Shown here: one piece after another, positions 53,584 through 64,000 of the stretch | Numbering within the stretch: position 1 is the stretch's first letter | Layout of the letters: the number at the start of each line of letters is the position of its first letter | Source: Malacoraja senta | Taxonomy: Eukaryota | Assembly (NCBI GenBank): GCA_038087875.1 | Contig: CM075993.1 | Span: forward strand, 3,908,001 to 3,972,000 | Length of the DNA stretch: 64,000 nucleotides | Direction of reading: 5' to 3' | The notes under the pieces: generated by a model | Database searches by the model: none | What the model saw: the letters and a program-made list of their open reading frames with translations, nothing else | What the model was told of the DNA's origin: nothing | Translations under genes and position numbers: made by a program

Positions 53584-54749
53584 GTGAGAAAGATAATGAG
53601 AGGTGCTCACATGAACGACTTTGAGAGGGATTAAAAGGGTAGATGACAAGCCGTTGCTTCCTCTGGCTGAAGATACTAAAGGATGGGCAGTGGAAAAGGG
53701 GTTGGACATTTGATAAAGAGCAACTGAGAAGAAGAATTTGAGAAGATGCTGGGCTAGGGAGAAATTACAGGAACTGGCATAAGGGCAAGAAAGCCCCCGT
53801 GATTTCGTTTTGCTGCTCTTGCAATGCTAACGATTTCTCCATGTACCTTATCCGCTCAGCTTTATTCCAGCAGATCAGGAAGAATATGCCCTGATGTCCC
53901 CATCAGTTTCCATATTGTAACGGGTCTTGCTACCTCCGTGCTCTTGAGTCGGAGGTACCACAACCCGGACAATAGGCCATTTATCTAAAGCGTTTATCAT
54001 CAGAGGAATAGATCGGGTGACGCACAGAGTCTCTTGCCCAGAGTAGGGGAATGGAGAACCAGAGGACATGGGCTTAAGGTGAAAGGGAAAAGATTTAATA
54101 GGAATCTGAGGGGTAACCTTTTCACACGAAGGGTGGTGGGTGTATGGAACAAGATGTCAGCTGCGGCAGGGACTATCCCAACGTTTAAGAAACAGTTAGA
54201 CAGTGTATCACTCTCTGACTCTATGAAGCAGTGTTAACAAAACAATTCTCAGAATTTCCATTGTGTGTAGGATGGTAAATATTTACACCTGACAGAAAAA
54301 ATAGATTTCAACATCCAAAATAAATAGCCTTTCCAAAAAGTTCTCAACATACAGTAAAAATTTCAGGCAATGCACAGAGCCAAGTAAGTAAGTAAATAAG
54401 TAGATTAGATTAGATTTTATTATATTAGATTTTATTACTTGTCATTTGAACCTCAGAGAGGCTCAAGCGAAACTCCGTTTCCACAGCCATACAAACAAAA
54501 CAATTCCTACACGACACACAAACAATTCAATCTACAGAAAAACATCCATCACAGCGAATCTCCTCCTCGCTGTGATGGAAGGCAAAGTTTTTTCTCTCCC
54601 CTGCACCATTTTTCTCCCGATGTTGAAGCCCCAGGCGGGCAATGTTAAGTCCCACGGCCGTTGAGGCCGCGCCGGGCGGTGTACGGCCTCGCTCCGGGCC
54701 CAAAGGTCACACAGTTGGAGCCCCCGGCGGGCGCTGGAATGTCAAGGCC

Positions 54750-55420
54750 AAGTATTCACATACAAGGAATTTGCCTTGGTGCTCCACCCACAAGTAACAA
54801 CATGACATACAATGACAGTCATGAATGACTCAGAAAACACTAAACATTAATAATAATAAAACATTCATGATAAAACACCATTGATCAAGCATGTGAACCA
54901 ACAAAATACCAGATCAAAGGGAGGCTACAGATTTTTGGCTGTTGAGTAGAGCAACTACTCGTGGATAAAACCTGTTTTTATGTCTGGCTGTGGCAGCTTT
55001 GACAGTCCGGAGTCGCCTTCCAGAGGGAAGTGATTCAAAGAGTTTGTGGCCAGGGTGAGATGGGTCAGAGATGATCTTGCCCGCTCGCTTCCTGGCCCTC
55101 GCTGCAGCCTCCAGGTGTCGTGCTTGGTGGCTGAGCCAAACCAGACCATGATGGAGAAGGTGAGAACAGACTCTACGATGGCCGTGTAGAATTGGACCAT
55201 CATTGCCTGTGGCAGATTGTGCTTCCTCAGCTGCCGTAGGAAGTACATCCTCTGTTGTGCCTTTTTGACTGTGAAGTCGATGGTAGCCCCTCCACTTAAG
55301 GTCCTTGGAGATGATGGTTCCCAGGAACGTAAATGACTCCACAGATGTGACTGTGGTGTTGTTGATGGTGAGTGGGGTGAGGGGAGGGGGAGCTCTCCTA
55401 AAGTCTACAATCAATTCCAC
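54750..55420 (-). mobile_element. Rex/Babar-like LINE 3' fragment
   Basis: ELIVDFRR...FLGTIIS.DL.W; YFLRQLRK...FYTAIVESVLT; LPSGRRLR. Confidence 0.75.
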
Positions 55421-56142
55421 TTGCGATCTTACTGCCAATAGATCGGATCAGAGCTTCCTCTGATCGGTCCAACTACATCCAGTCAAGATGAATAGTGATG
55501 GATAATAAAGTGGCTAATTGAGGGAGGACGCGCTCAGAATAGACCATCTTCAGCGATGGTGGGGCCAGCATGTGTGGTCAAGACTAAACTGGAGCATTGC
55601 CAACCATGTCTGGCCTTTGCTGAGCCATCCCAACAGATCTTCCTACAGAGATCTCATCACCACAGTAGCCGGTCTACAGTCAGTTTGATTTACGTCGGGT
55701 GATATCAGAAGATGGCAGAGCACATCGGCATTTCCCTTCTCTGGGATGATCTGGCAAACTGCCCAGATGTGTCCCAATCACAAACCCAATTACCACACAG
55801 TCAAGCTACTGTCAATTACGAGCCAAGTAATGCCATCCATTGTTGACTGTGTTATCAAGTGGCGCTTAGAATCATAGAATCAAAGCGTCATACACCATTA
55901 AACAGACCCATCGGCACAATTTGTCCGTGCCATAGATGCCTCATATAAGCTAGTCCCATTTACCCGCGTTTGGCCCATATCCCTCTGAACCTTTCCTATC
56001 CATGTACTTGTCCAAATGCCTTTTAAATGTTGCTATTACACCTGCCTCAGCTCCTTCCTCGGGCTGCTGGTTCCACCACCCTCTGTGTGAAAACGTTACC
56101 TTGCAGCCTATTAAATCTTTCCCCCCTCACATCGAACCTAAG

Positions 56143-56442
56143 GTCACGGTGGAGCAGCGGTAGAGTTGCTGCCTTTTAGCGAATGCAGGGCCGGAGACCC
56201 CGGTTCGATCCTGACTGCGGGCGCTGTTTGTACGGAGTTTGTACGTTCTCCCCGTGACCTGCGTGGGTTTCCTCCGAGATCTTCGGTTTCCTCCCACACT
56301 CCGAAGACGTGCAGGTTTGTAGGTTAATTGGCTTGGTAAATGTAAAAATTGTTCCTAGTAGGTGTAGGATAGTGTTAATGTGCGGGGATCGCTGGCCGGT
56401 GCGGACTCGGTGGGCCGAAAGGCCTGTTTCCCCGCTGTATCT
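56143..56442 (+). mobile_element. tRNA-derived SINE
   Basis: A/B boxes and V-like core. Confidence 0.8.
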
Positions 56443-57053
56443 GTAGGAGGGGGCGCCGTTTGAAGGCAGCCTCTGTCTACAATCTGTCTGCTTATTTTTA
56501 GTCCGTTTAAAGTATGTTTTGGAGGTTTTCTTAGTCTTTTTTATGTGGGGGAGGGGGGCAGGGTAAAGAGGGAACCGTTTCTCAGTCTCTTCCTGGCGAG
56601 GATGCGACTATTCTCCGAGTCACATCTTCGCCCCCCCCCTCGCAGCCTACCAACTGGATTGGCACGGCCCTTCCTGCCGGGGACCGGCCAAAGCTTCAGC
56701 AGCGGCAGCACTGATTTAACATTGCGGAGCCTTACTGGGGATCGCTTGTTGAAGCTCCGAATTGTTGGGCCTGCTGCTTCAACATCGTGGAGCTGTGGTG
56801 CGGAGCTTCCAGCTGCGGGCGGCGCTGAACAACATCGCGGAGTCCTGGTGGTCCCTTTGCCGAGGGCGCCAGTGTGAATCTCCGCCCAGCGCGGCCGGTG
56901 GACTTCGGGAGCCGCGGTCTCCGGTAGGAAGTGGCCAATTCGGAACTCCAAACCGCTGAGAGTGTTCTCCGTTCCGACGTCGGAGTTTCGATCATCCCGG
57001 CGAGAGGGCCTGAGACATCGGGTGAACAAGGAGGAAGATGGCTGGACTTTATT

Positions 57054-58092
57054 TAGGTATGTTACAAAACTTACCTTCAGTCGCGCTGTAATTCTGCCAC
57101 TGGCCGTGTGCTCGATTTTGGCGCCTTTAAGGGGGGTCGGGGTTAAAACGCGGGTTTCTCCTCCCTTGTCCTGGTTAATATTTTGTTGGAGTACAAGCGT
57201 TGGCTGACAAATCGTTCCTAGTGGCCTTTTGTGTATTATCTATTTTTATTAAATCGTCAATGTCAGCGCTAGAGTAATTTTAAAATCAGCTCCTGAAGCG
57301 TCAACGCCGATAACGGGGACGGATTTCACACACGGGACAGGTAAACGAAAGTGGTTTCTTTAAATGTATAAAAGTGCTTCTTAAGAAGCCTTTAATTCAC
57401 ATGTTTTCATGCGACACGGTGATTTTATTCCCCGAATTAACGGCAGTATTTTTCATGCCAATACGGGGTTAAATTCACCGCAAATGAACGTTCCAAATGA
57501 TCGCGTTCCAGAAATCCTCACTCACAAGATGATTTAAATCCCCATTAATTTACAGGTATTAAACATTCAATTCCTTCCATTTGGCCTGTAAATTCATGAA
57601 AATTAGATTTAAAAATTATGTTATATTGTGAATTATTGTGTGAATGTTATTTGGACACAGGCTATATAAAAATGTTAATCTATTCTTAAGAAATTGATAG
57701 ATGTTTAGATCTAGTAATTGAATTTTGTAATTAGCTACAATTAGGTAACTAACTAATTATATGCTTAACTTTCATGTCTTCTAAGTAAGATTGTTTCATA
57801 TTTGTTTCAGAATACTTCAATCTATAATAACTGAAAATTTCTTTCAGTTATCTTAATTTTTAAGAAAGTTATGGGCTTTTAACTGTCCTCGAGCACAGCT
57901 TTTGTGTTAAGTCAATGGAAAAGCAATAGGGAACAAGATGCTAATTTCCGAGTATGAAAATGGCCATAACTTCTTTAATACTGAAGATATGAAAGTGAAT
58001 TAGGTGTCAAATTAAACTTCTTTTTATGCTTTATCTGATGGGATAAATTGAAGACTTTATTTTTAAAATCTCAAAATTTTGTAACATTGCTA
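57054..58092. mobile_element. About 1-kb non-autonomous DNA transposon with TAG-initiated TIRs
   Basis: taggtatgttacaaaa / ttttgtaacattgcta; flanked by (a)ctttatt on both sides; splits the host motif ggactttattgccttcc. Confidence 0.75.
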
Positions 58093-58288
58093 CTTTATTG
58101 CCTTCCCTCACAGTGGGAAACGTTGATTCTGCTGTGCGGGGATGTCTATGTTAAATTCTATCGTGTGTTGTGTTCCTTTTTTATTCGTATGGCTGTATGG
58201 CAACCCAAATTTCACTGTACCAATTGGTGCATGTGACTACAAATGTAAACTTGAGCTTGAACTTATATCTAAACTATGCCCTCTAGTT

Positions 58289-58828
58289 ACACAAAAATGC
58301 TGGAGAAACTCAGCGGGTGCAGCAGCATCTATAGAGCGAAGGAGATAGGCAACGTTTCGGGCCGAAACCCTTCTTCAGACTGATGGGGGGGTGGGGGGAG
58401 GCGGGGAGAAGAAAGGAAAAAGGAGGAGGAGGAGCCCGGGGGTTGAGGGAGAGGTAGGAAGGGGAGGAGACAGCAAGGGTTAACTGAATTGTGAGAATTC
58501 AATGTTCATGCCCAGAGGATGCAGACTACCCAAGCGGAATATGAGGTGCTGTTCCTCCAATTTCCGGTGTTGCTCACTCTGGCCATGGAGGAGGCCCAGG
58601 ACAGAGAGGTCGGATTCCGAATGGGAGGGGGAGTTGAAGTGCTGAGCCACCGGGAAGGATGTGGTCGTAGAGTTGGAGGGAAGGGGGGATCACAGAGGGG
58701 GAGCAGTTAGAGAGGAGGTTGTGAAACTGTTTCCGGAGGGAGGAGGAGAACTTCTTCAAAGTAGGCATACCTTGAGGAGATTTCGCAGTGGAGTAGACAA
58801 AGTGTTAAAGAAGGAACTGTAGACAAAG
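58289..58828 (-). mobile_element. Penelope-like element 3' fragment with 12-bp direct repeat
   Basis: Minus strand [22 protein letters not shown]...LEEQHLIFRLGSLHPLGMNIEF followed by the hammerhead motif; flanks tgccctctagtt (58277-58288, 58829-58840). Confidence 0.8.
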
Positions 58829-59441
58829 TGCCCTCTAGTTGTTGAGTTCCATCCTCTGCAAGGACATCTGCAATCTCCCTGGGACACTCACCTACAGCTC
58901 ACTCACCAATGCACAGTTTGGGTTTTGCCAGGACATTGTAGCAAGTAGCCTTCTCCAGTGCGACCGCATCCTTCCTGTAGCATTGATACAGTGGCATGGT
59001 GGTTAACATATTGGATTAGTATTCTACCCCATGGCCCACTGAATTAGAAGTACGTTTGAACCCTTCCATTTTGCTTCTGAGGCTTGGATAGAGTGGATGT
59101 GGAGAGGATGTTTCCACTAGTGGGAGAGTCTCGGACTAGAGGTCATAGCCTCAGAATTAAAGGATGTTCATTTAAGAAGGAGATGAGAAGGAATTTCTTT
59201 AGTCAGAGGGTGGGAATTTGTTGCCACAGAAGGCTGTGGAGGCTAAGTCAATGGATATTTTTAAGGCAGAGATAGATAGATTCTTGATTAGTGTGGGTGT
59301 CAAGGGTTACATAGAAACATAGAAAATAGGTGCAGGAGTAGGCCATTCGCCCCTTCAAGCCTGCACCGCCATTCAATATGATCATGGCTGATCATCCAAC
59401 TCAGTATCCTGTACCTGCCTTCTCTCCATACCCCCTGATCC

Positions 59442-60707
59442 CTTTAGGCAGGTACATGGATAGGACAGGTTTGGAGGGATATGGACCAAATGCGGGCAGG
59501 TGGGACTAGTGTAGTTGGGACATGTTGAGCCGAAGGGCCTGTTTCCACGCTGTATCACTCTATGACTCCAAGGCTTTGCTGTATCATGTCACTTGGATTA
59601 AACAAGAGGAGGTGAGAAATTAACAAATACTCCCAGTCCTGGAATTTTTGCTGAACATATTTTTTCCTGGTACATTTCACACTCTGGCAGATGCATTCAC
59701 TGGTTGAGATGCTTGGCCGGTGACTGGACAATTAGCAATGATATAACAAAGAAATATGACAAACAATTCCTCCCCACTCAATCTGACAAACAGACTTGGA
59801 AAAATGGTCACTGATTACTCTAAACCTCCATTTGCCTCTTTGTGCCATTTTCACCTATTCTCCCCTGCTAGTTTTGATTACTGGGCAAACCTGTGCCTAA
59901 ATAAAGAGGTCATTCTTCTCTGTAAGCATACACCATGAACCTGACATACTTCACCTGGAGATTTCTGGCACCGCAGTTCAGCAAACTGAGCTCTGCACGC
60001 AGCCCAAGGCAATGATTTCAAAACCCCAGGTGACAGTGTTAAATGTGACAAGTGACTCAGTCCTTCCTACTAGCTTTAATTTTTTTAAACGGTCACAGAT
60101 TCACACGGAGGGTAGAGGATGTGAAAATAAGACATAACTTACAAAGAATTTAGTAAATTTCACCATTTAGTAAGTGAAGAGACGGATGGAGCTGTAACAC
60201 TGCCCCTGCTGTTCATCTTCTTCATAGAAGAAAGGAACAAAAGGCTGGGGTAACTCAGCGGGTCAGGTAGCATCTCTGGAGAGAAACATAGAAACATAGA
60301 AAATAGGTACAGGAGTAGGTCATTCGGCCCTTCGAGCCTGCACCGCCATTCAATATGATCATGGCTGATCATCCAACTCAGTATCCTGTACCTGCCTTCT
60401 CTCCATACCCCCTGATCCCTTTAGCCACAAGGGCCACATCTAACTCCCTCTTAAATATAGCCAATGAACTGGCCTCAACTACCTTCTGTGGCAGAGAGTT
60501 CCAGAGATTCACCACTCTCTGTGTGTAAAATGTTTTTCTCATCTCGGTCCTAAAGGATTTCCCCTTTATCCTTAAACTGTGACCCCTTGTCCTGGACTTC
60601 CCAACATCGGGAACAATCTTCCTGCATCTAGCCTGTCCAACCCCTTAAGATTTTGTACGTTTCTATAAGATCCCCCCTCAATCTTCTAAATTCTAGAGAG
60701 TACAAGC
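59442..60707 (-). repeat. Inverted duplication, copy 2
   Basis: See copy 1; its CR1 part continues further, to about 60918. Confidence 0.93.
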
Positions 60708-62929
60708 CGAGTCTATCCAGTCTTTCTTCATATGAAAGTCCTGACATCCCAGGAATCAGTCTGGTGAACCTTCTCTGTACTCCCTCTATGGCAAAGAATG
60801 TCTTTCCTCAGATTTGGAGACCAAAACTGGAGGCAATACTCCAGGTGTGGTCTCACCAGACCCTGTACAACTGCAGTAGAACCTCCCTGCTCCTATACTC
60901 AAATCCTTTTGCTATGAACAGGTGGAATAGGTGACGTTTCAGGGACACCTTGCCTGCGCCTTCACATGTTCTTGTACATAATGGGCAGAGCGTGAAAGCA
61001 GCTTTGAAGACCATTCCAGCCTGGTGTTCCCTCTCTTCTTCCTTAATGGGATCACTTGCTGGCAGTATCGTGGCAGGAGATGGTGATTGATCAGAGCCAA
61101 GTCCACCCATTCCTCACTGGGAGTTTCATCATCGTCTACTTTGATCGGTCATCTGGACTAAATGATGAGTGTTGAACTTTAATTATTGTTTTTCGCCTTA
61201 TAGATGTTGGTCAGAACAGCATTTCCAACTATTTAGATTTAGTCTTCAGAGATACAGCGAGGAAACAGGCCCTTCAGCCCACCTAGTCCGCGCCGACCAG
61301 CAATCAATCCCGTACACTAAAACTATCCTACTACACACTAAGAAAATTTACAATTTACAGAAGTTAATTAACCTACAAACCTGTACGTCTTTGGAATGTG
61401 GGAGGAAACCGGAGAAATCCCACATGGTCACAGGGAGAATGTACAAACTCCATACAGACAGCACCCGTAGTCAGGATCGAACCCGGGTCTCTACCGCTGT
61501 AAGGCAGCAACACCGTCGCCGTGCAACCGTGCCGCCCCTCGATGCTTTGTTGGAAAGTCAGCCGCCGTATCCGTTTGAGTCTTTGGGAAGACTGAGAACG
61601 CAGGGCACCATCGGAAATGTCCCCTCCTAATCCATGATATGCGACACAAAAGCCAAGAAGCCTACCATTGGACAAAGACTGGCATCTCTCACTGTTGGAT
61701 ATGTTACAAAATCTATATACTGATGTCTTTTACTTAAGTGATATTATCAGAGTTCAGTCTCAGCATTACTTCAGCTAATTACCACCAGGAACTTGTCACA
61801 TTATTGTGATTAATATGTTTTATTGCGAAATATGTGTATAATGCTCCATTTAAATCAAATGGATTTCCTGATTAATGAATGTAACATAGCATATGGGCAC
61901 ATAATTAAGGCTGTCAATTCGACTGTAGCAACCATATCGAGCGAGAATACAAATAGTGCACGAGCTCAGCTAGTCAGCAGCATCCGTGGTGGGAATGGAC
62001 AGATGGCGGCTTGGTGGTGCAGCGGTAAAGTTGCTGCCTTACAGCGCCAGAGACCCGGGTTCGATCCTGACTAGGGGTGCTGTCTGTACGGAGTCTGTAC
62101 GCTCTCCCCGTGACCACGTGGGCTTTCTCCGAGACAATAGACAATAGGTGCAGGAGTAGGCCATTTGGCCCTTCGAGCCAGCACCGCCATTCAATGTGAT
62201 CATGGCTGATCATCCCCAATCAGTACCCCGTTCCTGCCTTCTCCCCATATCCCCTGACTGCTATTTTTAAGAGCCCTATCTAGCTCTCTCTTGAAAGCAT
62301 CCAGAGAACCTGCCTCCACCGCCCTCTGAGACAGAGAATTCCACAGACTCACCACTCTCTGTGAGAAAAAGTGTTTCCTCGTCTCGGTCTAAATGGCTTA
62401 CTCCTTATTCTTAAACTGTGGCCCCTGGTTCTGGACTCCCCCAACATCGGGAACATGTTCCTGCCTCTAGTGTGTCCAAGCCCTTAACAATCGTATATGT
62501 TTCAATGAGACATAAGGTTTCCTCCCACACCCCAAAGACGTACGGGTTTGTAGGTTAATTGGCTTGGTATAAATGTAAATTGTCCCTGGGATAGTGTTAA
62601 TGTGCTTTCCACGCTGTATCTCTAAAACTGAAAAAAAACAAAACTAAATGACGTTTCAGGATGCGACCCTTCTTCAGACTGATGGGGGGGGGACAATTAT
62701 TTTTTTCTTGCAATATAGGTCACTTGGCCCATCAAGTCTATGCCTGCTCATGAAGCAAAACTGTTACTAATTTTCCTTATATCCTATGTCTATCAACTGT
62801 CTCCAGATTCTTCTACCCAGTCACTCAGGGGAACAGTTAATTACTTGCCCATATCTGGGATGGCCGAAGAGTTAACGGAGAAGAAACCAGCCAACCCTCC
62901 ACTCCGTCAGTATGAAGAAGGTTCCTGAC

Positions 62930-63673
62930 CCAATAGACAATAGACAATAGATGCAGGAGTAGGCCATTCGGCCCTTCGAGCCAGCACCGCCATTCAATGT
63001 GATCATGGCTGATCATCCCCAATCAGTACCCCGTTCCTGCCTTCTCCCCATCGGGAACATGTTTCCTGCCTCTAGCATGTCCAAGCCCTTATCAATCTTA
63101 TATGTTTCAATGAGATCCCCTCTCATCCTAAACTCCAGAGTGTACAAGCTCAGCTGCTCCACTCTCTCAGCATATGACAGTCCCGCCATCCCGGGAATTA
63201 ACCTTGTAAACCTACGCTGCACCCCCTCAATAGCAAGAATGTCCTTCCTCAAATTAGGGGACCAAAACTGCACACAATACTCCAGGTGTGGTCTCACTAG
63301 GGCTCTGAACAACTGCAGAAGGACCTCTTTGCTCCTATATTCGATTCCTCTTGTTATAAAGGCCAACATGCCATTCGCTTTNNNNNNNNNNNNNNNNNNN
63401 NNNNNNNNNNNNNNNNNNNNNNNNNNNNNNNNNNNNNNNNNNNNNNNNNNNNNNNNNNNNNNNNNNNNNNNNNNNNNNNNNNNNNNNNNNNNNNNNNNNN
63501 NNNNNNNNNNNNNNNNNNNNNNNNNNNNNNNNNNNNNNNNNNNNNNNNNNNNNNNNNNNNNNNNNNNNNNNNNNNNNNNNNAAACTGGGATGAACAATTT
63601 TTGTAGTTCATCCATGCAGTCTTTAAATGCCTTCCATTGCATATCCAACGTCAACCCTTTAAGAATCAATTGC
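62930..63673 (-). mobile_element. CR1 LINE sequence on both sides of the second gap
   Basis: Right side matches about 20400-20494 and left side matches about 21907 onward of the long CR1. Confidence 0.8.
63382..63581. other. Assembly gap (200 N)
   Basis: Run of N. Confidence 1.
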
Positions 63674-63674
63674 C

Positions 63675-64000
63675 TGAAACCGAATGCAGAATTGATTATT
63701 TATGGAACAATAGAAGCAAGTTTGGAGCTGACTGCGTTTCAAAGGAGTTTTCTTAGTTATGGCTTAATAACGGCAAAAAAACTGATACTGAAATTTTGGA
63801 AAAATGCTCCTACGCCAACAATAAAAATGTGGACTTCTAATATGTCGGAATTGTTACATCTAGAAGATATGAGATTCCTCCTAGCAGGTAAAAAAGACCA
63901 ATTCCAAAAGATTTGGTCTCCATATATCGACCTATTACAAACATAGGGTGCAACAAAATGTTGATAATAAATGGTTTTAGGACCTGTCGAGGGGTGAGTA
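63675..64000 (+). mobile_element. L1-clade LINE ORF2 C-terminal fragment
   Basis: AKKLILKFWKNAPTPTIKMWTSNMSELLHLEDMRFLLAGKKDQFQKIWSPY; same family as 53100-53583. Confidence 0.75.

Noticed and set aside
62999..63946. Long ORFs spanning the assembly gaps (also 38068-38582)
   Set aside because: Artefacts of N runs joining unrelated repeat fragments.

Overview
Eukaryotic, repeat-rich vertebrate DNA. The repeat families (HE1/V-SINE-like tRNA SINEs, HER1/CR1 LINEs) suggest a cartilaginous fish, probably a skate or ray (inference). Two convergent genes are present, and most of their exons are missed by the ORF track. The first is the last six coding exons of a dual oxidase (DUOX, + strand, 671-17154). 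The second is the last three coding exons of sorbitol dehydrogenase (SORD, - strand, 27027-38076). This matches the tail-to-tail SORD-DUOX2 arrangement in mammals. The rest is densely nested transposable elements: a nearly full-length but broken CR1 LINE, many CR1 3' ends, L1 and Rex/Babar fragments, Penelope-like (GIY-YIG) elements and their fold-back derivatives with minimal hammerhead-ribozyme motifs, PIF/Harbinger-type MITEs and hAT-like elements. There are two 200-N assembly gaps. Main observations: (1) an ~8-kb inversion with a 1.27-kb inverted duplication whose junctions can be rebuilt to the base; (2) a SORD stop codon that lies inside a Penelope-derived fragment; (3) hammerhead motifs with covarying stem II, and the same 34-bp unit tandemly amplified at two loci; (4) several splice acceptors abutting transposon ends. 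Repeat boundaries are read by eye and are approximate.
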